Position numbers and translations under genes: made by a program
Assembly: GCF_963921235.1 (NCBI RefSeq)
Contig: NC_086097.1
Location: 189,164,001-189,228,000 of the forward strand
Direction: 5' to 3'
Length of the DNA stretch: 64,000 bases
From: Mobula hypostoma
Lineage: Eukaryota
Shown: piece after piece, positions 1 to 10,809 of the stretch
How positions within the stretch are numbered: position 1 is the first letter of the stretch
How the letters are laid out: each line of letters opens with the position of its first letter
Notes under the pieces: generated by a model
The model's input: only the letters and a program-made list of their open reading frames with translations
Told to the model about the DNA's origin: nothing
Databases searched by the model: none

Positions 1-1797
1 TCTGATCCCTTTACTTGGGGGACAATGAGAAATTGTCTCACAATTGTCTGTTACTCCCTCTTCAGTTCACAACAGGTTTCACTCTACACTGCAATAAGGG
101 AACTACAATCAAAAATGAATGCCTACTAAAAAGCTTAACTCTTAAAAATCCATGGCTTTTTAATTTAAAATGTACTAGATCTGAGGGTCACATCTGTTAT
201 CTTAATATATAGGTTCCTTGGTACAAAAATAATTTGATTTATTAAAAAGCAAGTTATCAATAAAGTCATTTACACACATACTCATTACCACTCACCTGCT
301 ATTCACCAGGAAATAAGACATCAAATTGCATTCGACGTCCAAATCATCCCATTCAATGACTTGCAATTACCTACATTGAATGTGTCAAAGGTTGTGACTC
401 TGCACCCACCGGAATCTCACTGAACTTGAACAGTGGCCAAGAAGTGAGAAAGTTGCTGCCCAGCAATGCTTCAATTCTGAATCTATGATCTGCTGATTTT
501 TGTTATGAACAGAAATACCACGGAGCTGATTGTCTTGTACAAAGGATGGCAAGAAAGGTGCAGTTTGAAGAGTAGCACAGGTCTGCAAATACTGGCAGTG
601 CCATACCTGTTATGGCTATAAGATCTCATCCACGTCTAACATGTGCATTCAGCAGGAATGAGCACTTGCTCAGCAAGTGTGATGGTGGAGGGGAAAACTG
701 AAAAGCATTCATGCATTTTCCATTTTGTAAGTGATTGCAGTGATTGTTGACTACATTGTCTAGATGCATTAGTCATTCTCCTGAACAAGAAACTTCAGAA
801 CCTCCACAGGGCAGGCTTTTCCAAATCAGACTAGCCCAGTACCATTTATTGGAGAGATTATGTTTCCTTCTCATTGAGTTTTCCTATTTATTGGAGATCT
901 GGACCAAATAGATTAGTATTTTTGAAAACATTATTGCTAGCATGACAGCCAGTTGCCTGAAGCAGATGAAAGGAGACTCCTGCCGAATTAGAGATAAGCA
1001 AAACTGCAAGACTCACGGATTTCCTACTGTCAAAAGTGGGTGATGGAAGACCATAATGATCTAGGACATTTCAGACATGGACATGATAGACTTTAGGACA
1101 GCAAAGATACAGACATTTTTTAAGCTGGCCTGTTTTTTTCTGGCTTTGCTGACTGGTCTTTAACCTCTTTAAGGTATCCTGTTCTTCCAAAATTGTATAG
1201 CGAGGCCTTGGCTGTCAAAATTCCATAAACAGCATTTATGGAGCATGTAAGACATCAAAGAACTTAACGTAAAACCAAGATGACAGCAGGTGAGCATGAG
1301 CAGGGATACAAGACTTAGGTTTCTGAAAAACAGTTTTAACTGCACAACCCAGGCCAGCACAAAGTGGGAGAAATCAGCTGTCAATGAACTTTCACACCTG
1401 CCAGAATTTCCATATCTAGAAATCTTAGTTGGATCCCATTTTCATTCTGAGCAGTTAGAGGTCACCAGGTAAATGATAAGACCATAAGACATAGGAGTAG
1501 AATTAGGCCATCTGGCCCATTGAGTCTGCTCCGTCATTCAATCATGGATGACCCTTTTTTTCTATATCCTCCTCAACCCCAGTTTCTGGCCCTCTCCCCG
1601 TAAACTTTGATGCCAGGTCCAATCAAGAACATAGCTGCACAGTGGCAAAAAATTCCGCAAATTTGCCACCCTTTGGCTAAAGAAATTTCTCCACATCACT
1701 AACAACAGGAATTCTGCAGATGCTGGAAATTCAAGCAACATACATCAAAGTTGCTGGTGAACGCAGCAGGCCAGGCAGCATCTATAGGAAGAGGTGC

Positions 1798-1833
1798 AGT
1801 CGACGTTTCAGGCCGAGACCCTTCGTCAGGACT
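1798..1833 (-). ncRNA. Minimal type I hammerhead ribozyme motif (left-arm copy)
   Basis: Exact reverse complement of 3938-3973. Confidence 0.8.
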
Positions 1834-2129
1834 AACTGAAGGAAGAGTGAGTAAGGGATTTGAAAGCTGGAGGGGGAGGGGGAGATGCAAAATGATAGGA
1901 GAAGACAGGAGGGGGAGGGATGGAGCCGAGAGCTGGACAGGTGATAGGCAGAAGGGGATACGAGAGGATCATGGGACAGGAGGTCCGGGAAGAAAGACGG
2001 GGGGGGGGGAGTGACCCAGAGGATGGGCAAGAGGTATATTCAGAGGGACAGAGGGAGAAAAAGGAGAGTGAGAGAAAGAATATGTGCATAAAAAAGAGTA
2101 ACAGATGGGGTACGAGAGGGAGGTGGGGC

Positions 2130-2873
2130 CTAGCGGAAGTTAGAGAAGTCAATGTTCATGCCATCAGGTTGGAGGCTACCCATACGGAATATAAGGTGTT
2201 GTTCCTCCAACCTGAGTGTGGCTTCATCTTTACAGTAGAGGAGGCCGTGGATAGACATGTCAGAATGGGAATGGGATGTGGAATTAAAATGTGTGGCCAC
2301 TGGGAGATCCTGCTTTCTCTGGCGGACAGAGCGTAGATGTTCAGCAAAGCGGTCTCCCAGTCTGCGTCGGGTCTCACCAATATATAAAAGGCCACATCGG
2401 GAGCACCGGACGCAGTATATCACCCCAGTCGACTCACAGGTGAAGTGATGCCTCACCTGGAAGGACTGTTTGGGGCCCTGAATGGTGGTAAGGGAGGAAG
2501 TGTAAGGGCATGTGTAGCACTTGTTCCGCTTACACGGATAAGTGCCAGGAGGGAGATCAGTGGGGAGGGATGGGGGGGACGAATGGACAAGGGAGTTGTG
2601 TAGGGAGCGATCCCTGCGGAATGCAGAGAGAGGGGGGGAGGGAAAGATATCCTTAGTGGTGGGATCCCGTTGGAGGTAGCGGAAGTTACGGAGAATAATA
2701 TGTTGGACCCGGAGGCTGGTGGGGTGGTAGGTGAGGACCAGGGGAACCCTATTCCTAGTGGGGTGGTGGGAGGATGGAGTGAGAGCAGATGTACGTGAAA
2801 TGGGGGAGATGCGTTTAAGAGCAGAGTTGATAGTGGAGGAAGGGAAGCCCCTTTCTTTAAAAAATGAAGACAT
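2130..2873 (-). CDS. PLE ORF C-terminal part (end of RT region, Cys linker, GIY-YIG endonuclease), left arm
   Basis: 247 aa with CKRNKCYTC linker, GVIYCVRCSRCGLLYIGET, RFAEH, VATHF and terminal GMN, typical of PLE endonucleases. Confidence 0.85.
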   Translation of the reverse strand: MSSFFKERGFPSSTINSALKRISPISRTSALTPSSHHPTRNRVPLVLTYHPTSLRVQHIILRNFRYLQRDPTTKDIFPSPPLSAFRRDRSLHNSLVHSSPPSLPTDLPPGTYPCKRNKCYTCPYTSSLTTIQGPKQSFQVRHHFTCESTGVIYCVRCSRCGLLYIGETRRRLGDRFAEHLRSVRQRKQDLPVATHFNSTSHSHSDMSIHGLLYCKDEATLRLEEQHLIFRMGSLQPDGMNIDFSNFR

Positions 2874-2888
2874 CTCCCTCGTCCTAGA

Positions 2889-3641
2889 ATGAGGGAGATG
2901 TCTTCATTTTTTAAAGAAAGGGGCTTCCCTTCCTCCACTATCAACTCTGCTCTTAAACGCATCTCCCCCATTTCACGTACATCTGCTCTCACTCCATCCT
3001 CCCACCACCGCACTAGGAATAGGGTTCCCCTGGTCCTCACCTACCACCCCACCAGCCTCCGGGTCCAACATATTATTCTCCGTAACTTCCGCCACCTCCA
3101 ACGGGATCCCACCACTAAGGATATCTTTCCCTCCCCCCCTCTCTCTGCATTCCGCAGGGATCGCTCCCTACACAACTCCCTTGTCCATTCGTCCCCCCCA
3201 TCCCTCCCCACTGATCTCCCTCCTGGCACTTATCCGTGTAAGCGGAACAAGTGCTACACATGCCCTTACACTTCCTCCCTTACCACCATTCAGGGCCCCA
3301 AACAGTCCTTCCAGGTGAGGCATCACTTCACCTGTGAGTCGACTGGGGTGATATACTGCGTCCGGTGCTCCCGATGTGGCCTTTTATATATTGGTGAGAC
3401 CCGACGCAGACTGGGAGACTGCTTTGCTGAACATCTACGCTCTGTCCACCAGAGAAAGCAGGATCTCCCAGTGGCCACACATTTTAATTCCACATCCCAT
3501 TCCCATTCTGACATGTCTATCCACGGCCTCCTCTACTGTAAAGATGAAGCCACACTCAGGTTGGAGGAACAACACCTTATATTCCGTATGGGTAGCCTCC
3601 AACCTGATGGCATGAACATTGACTTCTCTAACTTCCGCTAG
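2889..3641 (+). CDS. PLE ORF C-terminal part (GIY-YIG endonuclease), right arm
   Basis: 250 aa, near-identical to the left-arm ORF. The first ATG is formed at the fold-back junction. Confidence 0.85.
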   Translation: MREMSSFFKERGFPSSTINSALKRISPISRTSALTPSSHHRTRNRVPLVLTYHPTSLRVQHIILRNFRHLQRDPTTKDIFPSPPLSAFRRDRSLHNSLVHSSPPSLPTDLPPGTYPCKRNKCYTCPYTSSLTTIQGPKQSFQVRHHFTCESTGVIYCVRCSRCGLLYIGETRRRLGDCFAEHLRSVHQRKQDLPVATHFNSTSHSHSDMSIHGLLYCKDEATLRLEEQHLIFRMGSLQPDGMNIDFSNFR

Positions 3642-3937
3642 GCCCCACCTCCCCCTCGTACCCCATCTGCTACTCTTTTTTATGCACACATTCTTTCTCT
3701 CACTCTCCTTTTTCTCCCTCTGTCCCTCTGAATATACCTCTTGCCCATCCTCTGGGTCACTCCCCCCCCCCCGTCTTTCTTCCCGGACCTCCTGTCCCAT
3801 GATCCTCTCGTATCCCCTTCTGCCTATCACCTGTCCAGCTCTCGGCTCCATCCCTCCCCCTCCTGTCTTCTCCTATCATTTTGCATCTCCCCCTCCCCCT
3901 CCAGCTTTCAAATCCCTTACTCACTCTTCCTTCAGTT

Positions 3938-3973
3938 AGTCCTGACGAAGGGTCTCGGCCTGAAACGTCGACT
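3938..3973 (+). ncRNA. Minimal type I hammerhead ribozyme motif in the PLE 3' region
   Basis: AGTC-CTGACGA-AGG(GTCTCGG)CCT-GAAAC-GTC-GACT: stem I AGTC/GACT, CUGANGA and GAAA cores, stem II AGG/CCT, loopless palindromic stem III, GUC cleavage triplet. Confidence 0.8.
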
Positions 3974-5294
3974 GCGCCTCTTCCTATAGATGCTGCCTGG
4001 CCTGCTGCGTTCACCAGCAACTTTGATGTATGTTTCTCCACATCACTGTTTTGAAAGGGTGCCCCTCTATCCTGAGACTATACCGTCTTGTCCTAGACTC
4101 TCCCATCATAGGAAACATCCTTTCCACATCTACTCCATCTAGGCCTTTCAACATTTGAAAAGTTTCAATGAGATTCCCCCTTCATCCTTCTGAATTCCAG
4201 TGAGCACAGAGCCAGAGCCATCAAACATTATTCATATGATAACCCTTTCAATCCTGGAATCATCCTCTTGTTAACCACCTCTCTGGACCCTGCCAATGCC
4301 AGCACATCTTTTCTAAGATGAGGGGCCCAAAACTGGTCACAATACTCAAGTTGAGGCCTCACCAGTGCCTTATAAAGCCTCAACATCACATCCTTGCTCT
4401 TGTATTCTAGACATCATGAAATGAATGCTAACATAGCATTTACCTTCCTCACTACTGACTCAGCCTGCAAGTTAACCTTCAGGATGTTCTGTACAAGGAC
4501 TCCCAGGTCCCTCTGCATCTCAGATTCCTGGATTTTCTCCCTGTTTTGAAAACAGTCCGCACATTTATTTCTACTTCCATAGTGCATGACCACGCATTTT
4601 CCAACATGATATTTCATTTGCCACTTTCTTGCCCATTCTCCTAATCTGTCTAAGTCCTTCTGCATCCTGCCTGTTTCCTCAACATTACCTGCCCCTCCAA
4701 CTATCTTCGTATCATCTGCAAACTTGGCAACAAAGCCATCTACTCCATCATCTAAATCAACGATATACAGCATAAAAAGAAGTGGTCCCAACACCGACCC
4801 ATGGCGAACACCATTAGTCACTGGCAGCCAACCAGACAAGGATCCTTTTATTCCCACTCACTGCCTCCTACCAATCAGCCAATGCTCTAACCATGTTTGT
4901 AACTTTCCTGTAATGGGCTACTATGGGCTCTTAACTTGGTAAAATGCCTCATGTGTGGCACCTTGTTAAAGGCCTTCTTAAGTTCCAAACACACAACATC
5001 CACTGCATCCCCTTTATCTATCCTACTTGTAATCTCTTCAAAGAATTCCAACAGGTTCATCAGGCGGGATTTTCCCTGAAGGAAACCATGCTAAATTTGT
5101 ACCATCTTGTCCTGTGTCAACAAGTACTTCATCACCTCATCCTTAACAATTGACTGCTACATTTTCCCAACCACTGAGGTCAGGCTAAATGGTCTATAAT
5201 TTCCTTTCTGCTGCCTTCTTCCTTTCTTACAGGATGATGACCTCAACATATATCTTGCACGTAGCCACTTGCACAAAAATGACGATGTAAATGC

Positions 5295-6170
5295 TACATG
5301 AGACAACCGTGGCTAACAAAACTCAAAGCCAAAGAGAGAGCATATAATGGAGCAAAAATTGACGAGGTGCCATACATGAGGCTGCTTATCAAGTTATGAG
5401 CCCATGGTATCACAGGAAAGATTCTATCATTGGTAAAACAGTGGCTGATTGGCGGGAGGCAAAGAGTGGAAATAAAGGGAGCCTTTTCTGGTTGGTGAAC
5501 GGGGGTCTGTGTAGGGACCAATTCTTTTTATGTTATATATCAATGACTTGGATGTCAGAATCGATGTCCTTGTTGCAAAGTTTGCATACAATAAGATAGA
5601 TGGACGGGCAGGTAGTTTTGAGGAAATAGATAGTCTATAGGAGGACTCAGACAGATTAGGAGAATGGGCAAAGAATTGGCAGATGGAATACAGTGTTCGG
5701 AAATGTATGATCATGCACTTTGATGGAATAAATGAAAGTGTTGACTATTCTCTAAATGGAGAGAAAATACAAAAAGCTGAGGTGCAAAGGGACTTGGGAG
5801 TCCTTGTCTATGATTCCCTAAAGGTTAATTTGCAGGTAGAGTCTGTGGTGAGGAAGGGAACTGCAATGTTAGCATTCATTTCAAGAAGATTAGAATAGAA
5901 AAGCAAGGACATAATGTTGAGATCTTATAAAGCACTGGTGAGGCCTCACTTGGAGTAATGTGAGCAGTTTTGGACCCCTTATCTTAGAAAGGATTTGCTG
6001 AAACTGGAGAGGGTTCAAAGGAGGATCACGAAAATGATACCAAAATTAAACAGCTTATCATATTGAAGAGTGTTTGACGGCTTTGGGCATGTATTCACTG
6101 GAATTTAGAAGATTGAGGGGTGACCTAATTGAAATCTATAGAATGGTGCCAGTCCTTGATAGAGTAGAAT
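5295..6170 (+). mobile_element. Decayed CR1-type LINE fragment
   Basis: RDLGVLV...KVNLQVESVVRK..AMLAFISR (ORF 5683..5898), with multiple stops. Confidence 0.8.
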
Positions 6171-7728
6171 TTTTTAACCAATTGTAACTTCAAGGTACCC
6201 CATATTTAACTTAAATCAATGTGAATCTAAATAGATAGTAATGGAGATGTTTGATGCCCTGATTATTATCTTGAAAATTCTGAAGTTTCTAGAGTGGTTC
6301 CTATAAAATGTAAGGCAGAAAATATCACCCCACTCCTTCCCCTTTAAGGATTAAGTTAGACAAGAAAACTGTTATCCTGACAACAATGGTTAAGAAAATG
6401 TGGAACTGACAATAAAGATTAAAGTGTTAAGACTTGGAAATTAATAATATAATTAAACAGAGTCAACATAGACTTATGAAATTGAAATCATATTTGACTA
6501 TTCTTTTGGAATTCTTCGAAGATGCATTTTGTATAGAGGATAAAGAATGGATGTGGTGTATTTGATAGACACATTAAAAAGTTATTGTTATGGAGAAACC
6601 GTTAACTTGTAATATCTAAATCTTCCACATAAATGTTAAAAGATGGCCTCTTAAAAATAAGACATTAATGAAAGAAACAAGAACTCCCTCTAAAACTCAG
6701 TATCAGATTATTTCAATGATATATCTACTTAATACAGTCAGCCTGACTCTGCTGTCAGCTGACTCGGAAAGCATCCAGTGAATCAGTGGATATTTATATG
6801 GAGATAATCCAAGAGCTGCTTGGAATCATGATGGCTCTCTAGAGACGGAAAGGCAGTCAAGTTGACATGTTCAGTCAATTGGTATTTCATCCACAATTGG
6901 AATCATTTATTTCCCCCACCACTGGCACAAAGTGGATGTATACCATCCACAAAGTACAAACGTTAGTATATTGCAGTTACTTATTGAGGCTGCTTTCCTG
7001 CCATCCCACAGTCTTCAATCTCCCACCACCAAAGAAGAGGCAGGCAGAGGGCACATTACTGTGTACAGATTCCTCTTCAAGGCACTTATTATCATTTGGA
7101 AATATAGTGTCAAACCTTTCTCGTTGCAGAGCCTAAATACAGCAGTGTCCATCCAACAACATTATTCAAGCTGCTTCACCTGAACAACTATAATAATTCA
7201 AGGCGACTCCGTACTTCCTTCCCCAGGACATTTGGGAATGGGCAATAAATAGACCTTGACAGCAATGCCCATAACTTGAATAACGAATGAACAACAAAAA
7301 AACAATAAATCTGTTTAAGAAATCTTGTCACCTCTCAATGTCAAGGTTAAATGTATCCCATTGTTGCAACTGTAGGAAATGATAAGTAAATATTTGTTCT
7401 GGAGCATGACTATCTACGCTAACAAATCAACAGTGATATGGGGGCTTAGAGACAGAATATATCATCATGGGTTAAAATCTGTGACGGAATTTCTTACTGA
7501 CAAACAATGTGCCAAGCTTCCTAAGGATTCAGTTTGCACTTTTGACTGATGCTTTGTAGATAGTAGTAAGTAAGGGGTAGTCATTGGAAAGCACTTTGAG
7601 TGGCATGGACAAGTTGGGTCAAAGGGCTTGTTTTCATGTTGTAAAACTCTTGAGTTGCCTCAGGAAACCCAGCCTCTGGCTGTTCTTGCAGCTGCAGTTT
7701 TTATGTGACTGCTCATTGTTGACCCCCT

Positions 7729-8692
7729 TGGACGGTGGGGTAACTCTGTGAAGGCAATGGTGTTGAATGTCTAGCCTGGACAGTGGGGTGACTCTGTGAA
7801 GGCAATGGTGTTGAATGTCTAGCCTGGAAGGTGGGGTAACTCTGTGAAGGCAATGGTGATGAATGTCTAGCCTGGACAGTGGGGTGACTCTGTGAAGGCA
7901 ATGGTGATGAATGTCTAGCCTGGACAGTGGGGTGACTCTGTGAAGGCAATGGTGTTGAATGTCTAGCCTGGAAGGTGGGGTAACTCTGTGAAGGCAATGG
8001 TGATGAATGTCTAGCCTGGAAGGTGGGGTAACTCTGTGAAGGCAATGGTGATGAATGTCTAGCCTGGACAGTGGGGTAACTCTGTGAAGGCAATGGTGAT
8101 GAATGTCTAGCCTGGAAGGTGGGGTAACTCTATGAAGGCAATGGTGTTGAATGTCTAGCCTGGAAGGTGGGGTAACTCTGTGAAGGCAATGGTGATGAAT
8201 GTCTAGCCTGGAAGGTGGGGTAACTCTGTGAAGGCAATGGTGATGAATGTCTAGCCTGGACAGTGGGGTGACTCTGTGAAGGCAATGGTGATGAATGTCT
8301 AGCCTGGACAGTGGGGTGACTCTGTGAAGGCAATGGTGTTGAATGTCTAGCCTGGAAGGTGGGGTAACTCTGTGAAGGCAATGGTGATGAATGTCTAGCC
8401 TGGAAGGTGGGGTAACTCTATGAAGGCAATGGTGTTGAATGTCTAGCCTGGACAGTGGGGTAACTCTGTGAAGGCAATGGTGATGAATGTCTAGCATGGA
8501 AGGTGGGGTAACTCTGTGAAGGCAATGGTGTTGAATGTCTAGCCTGGACAGTGGGGTAACTCTGTGAAGGCAATGGTGATGAATGTCTAGCCTGGAAGGT
8601 GGGGTAACTCTGTGAAGGCAATGGTGATGAATGTCTAGCCTGGAAGGTGGGGTAACTCTGTGAAGGCAATGGCGATGAATGTCTAGCCTGGA
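7729..8692. repeat. 48-bp minisatellite, 20 units
   Basis: Unit TGGA(CA/AG)GTGGGGT(A/G)ACTCTGTGAAGGCAATGGTG(A/T)TGAATGTCTAGCC; TGGA at 7729 to TGGA at 8689 spans 960 bp = 20 x 48. Confidence 0.97.
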
Positions 8693-8838
8693 TGGCCATT
8701 GCCTGGCACTTCTGTTAATTGAATACTATCTATGCATGAAATAGTCCACGTTTCCTTGAATGCAGCAAGAGGCTGCTAAATGTATTGAGGAGCTGCAAAT
8801 GAAAGTGCATATCATTGAAAGATCAGTGAATATACCGA

Positions 8839-9355
8839 CACTCAGTGGCGACTTTATTAGGTACCTCCTGCGCATAATAAAGTGGCCAATAAGTGCGTGT
8901 TCCTGGTCTTCTGCTGCTGTAGCCCATCCACTTTGACATTTTATGTATTCACAGATACTCTTCTGCACACCACTGTTGCAACACGTTGTTGTTTGATTTA
9001 CTGGTGCCTTCCTGTCAGCTTGAACTTCTGACCCCTCTCATTAACAAGGCACTTTCGCCCTCAGAAATGCCACTCACTGGATGCTTTTCTCACTATTCTC
9101 TGTACACTCTACAGACTGTTTTGCATGAATATCCCAGATAGCAACAGTTTCTGACCACCCAAACCACCCTGTTTCATAGTCAAAGTCACTTAGATCACAT
9201 TTCTTCCCCTTTCCAATGTTTGGTCTGCACAACAACAACCTCTTGAAATGTCTGCACTCTTTCATGCACTGAGTTGCTGCCACATGAATAGCTGATTAGA
9301 TATTTGCATTAACAAGCAGCTGTACAGGTGTACTTAATAAGGTGGCCACAGAGAG
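8839..9355 (-). mobile_element. Internally deleted Tc1/mariner DNA transposon
   Basis: Imperfect TIRs CACTCAGTGGCGACTTTATTAGGTAC ... GTACTTAATAAGGTGGCCACAGAGAG followed by TA. Remnant GKGKKCDLSDFD resembles a Tc1 transposase N-terminus. Confidence 0.75.
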
Positions 9356-10499
9356 TATTTTTGACCTTATGATGAAGGGAAGGTCATTGATAAAGCAGTC
9401 AAGCTAACATGGCCCTCAGTTTCATCCTCAGAGATTGTTTGTACAAAACTTTCAACCATGTCAATGTTAATAAATGTGTGAGGATTCTTTACTGAGAGCT
9501 CAAAATATATTACTCTAATGATTTATGACATCCCATTAATAAAACAAAGGGCGGATCAGTTTCAAATTAATTTACTCTGTATTCACCAAACTTACAATGA
9601 CTCCACTACTGTTATGGATCAACTAATCAAAGACTTTGTTGATGGCATGTGATAAGCAGAAGCTGGACTAAAAACTTATTCCACCAAATGTACAGAAACA
9701 GAGGGGAAGGATATCAGAATCAGGTTTTTTTTTTAATCACTTGGGAAGGTTAGAGTATTCCTAGTATTAACTAACTAACTTTAAAACATCTAAATAGTTA
9801 AAGTCAGAAGTAAGAATAAGATGTGAGTAATCAGTGAAAGCAGTGGCAGGGGTGAATTTAAAAGATCAAAAGGCTTGGTTTGGGAATGGTTTTATGCAAA
9901 GAGAAGCTTTATCAAAAACTACTAAAGATTCATTCCACTGCTCCACCACAGTCCCCACTGATTGAAAAAATAAATAATAAACTGCTTGGTATCAACAGGG
10001 GTCAAAAGTGGGAACTAAAGAATTAAGCACCAAAAATCTACTTTTACCACATGGTGATAATTTAGTTCAAAGATAACAGCACAATGATATAGTGAAACAT
10101 TAATTTACTTATTACAATGGCCTATAACTTATTGCATTGGTCAAAATAATTCTATGAATAAGCTCTTCAAAAACATTCAATATAATTAGCATTGTAAATC
10201 ATCTTGCAGTCAACTCAAAAATACCTTCATATAAACTTGAATATATTCAGTGCTATAGCGTAATCTTCCGATAGATTGCTTTCAAGTCTTATTTAAACAC
10301 AACTAATTGCTTTACATATTGCTAGGTGGCAAGGTTACAGGAACTTTATCATGGCAGCCACAGTCTCTAATGATCAAATTTACTTATTTGTGCTTGAGGA
10401 TGGCTGCCGATTACACCTACTGTGCAAGGGAATAACCACTAGCTATTGTTTAGATTTGTTCAGGAAAGCAAGCTGCTGACTGTCTGCAAATCCCAAATC

Positions 10500-10610
10500 T
10501 TATTGGAAATTTCTTTGGACCACCCTGTTGTTCAGAGGCTGGGGAGGTCTGAAGTTGCTCTGCATGAGATCATCTGGTCCCGTGAACTGCAGGGTGCGGA
10601 ACTTTGCCAT
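10500..10610 (-). CDS. Carbonic anhydrase coding exon 7 (terminal, with stop)
   Basis: TTTTCCAG acceptor; MAKFRTLQFTGPDDLMQSNFRPPQPLNNRVVQRNFQ then TAA at 10502-10500. The seven exons sum to 780 nt in one frame (259 aa). Confidence 0.95.
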   Translation of the reverse strand: MAKFRTLQFTGPDDLMQSNFRPPQPLNNRVVQRNFQ

Positions 10611-10809
10611 CTGGAAAATTTGAAGATAAGAGTAAGTTTAAGTCTGCCATTGCACTACCTCAGTCCAAGCCTTTTCCATCAACATTCTTTCAATACAAAA
10701 CAATCAAACGTTGCCACCATTACTTGACAATGTCAAAGTATATGCTCAAATTTACTTTCTGCTGCAATTAAACTTAAAAGCCACAGATTTAAGTCAAACA
10801 CATGAGAAT

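Larger units (their letters stand above)
1701..4034. mobile_element. Penelope-like retroelement (Neptune-type) inserted as a fold-back palindrome of two 5'-truncated copies
   Basis: Arms 1737-2880 and 2891-4034 are inverted around a 10-nt spacer, with an unpaired tail at 1701-1736. TSD TTTCTCCACATCACT at 1686-1700 and 4033-4047. Each arm has a GIY-YIG ORF. Confidence 0.93.
1476..5230 (-). mobile_element. CR1-type LINE fragment interrupted by the PLE palindrome
   Basis: RT motifs GSVLGPLLF and KFADDTK (ORF 4414..4857). The 3' end with a short tandem tail lies near 1476. The sequence is continuous across the TSD. Confidence 0.85.

Noticed and set aside
290..372. Possible minus-strand exon (AG...CAG/GTGAG) of a neighbouring gene
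   Set aside because: Stops occur in all three frames and there is no recognisable homology. A UTR exon cannot be supported from sequence alone.
7729..8692. CRISPR-like array or His-rich protein gene
   Set aside because: Units are contiguous with no unique spacers and there are no cas genes in this eukaryotic DNA. The ORFs arise because the 48-bp unit is a multiple of 3 and lacks stops.
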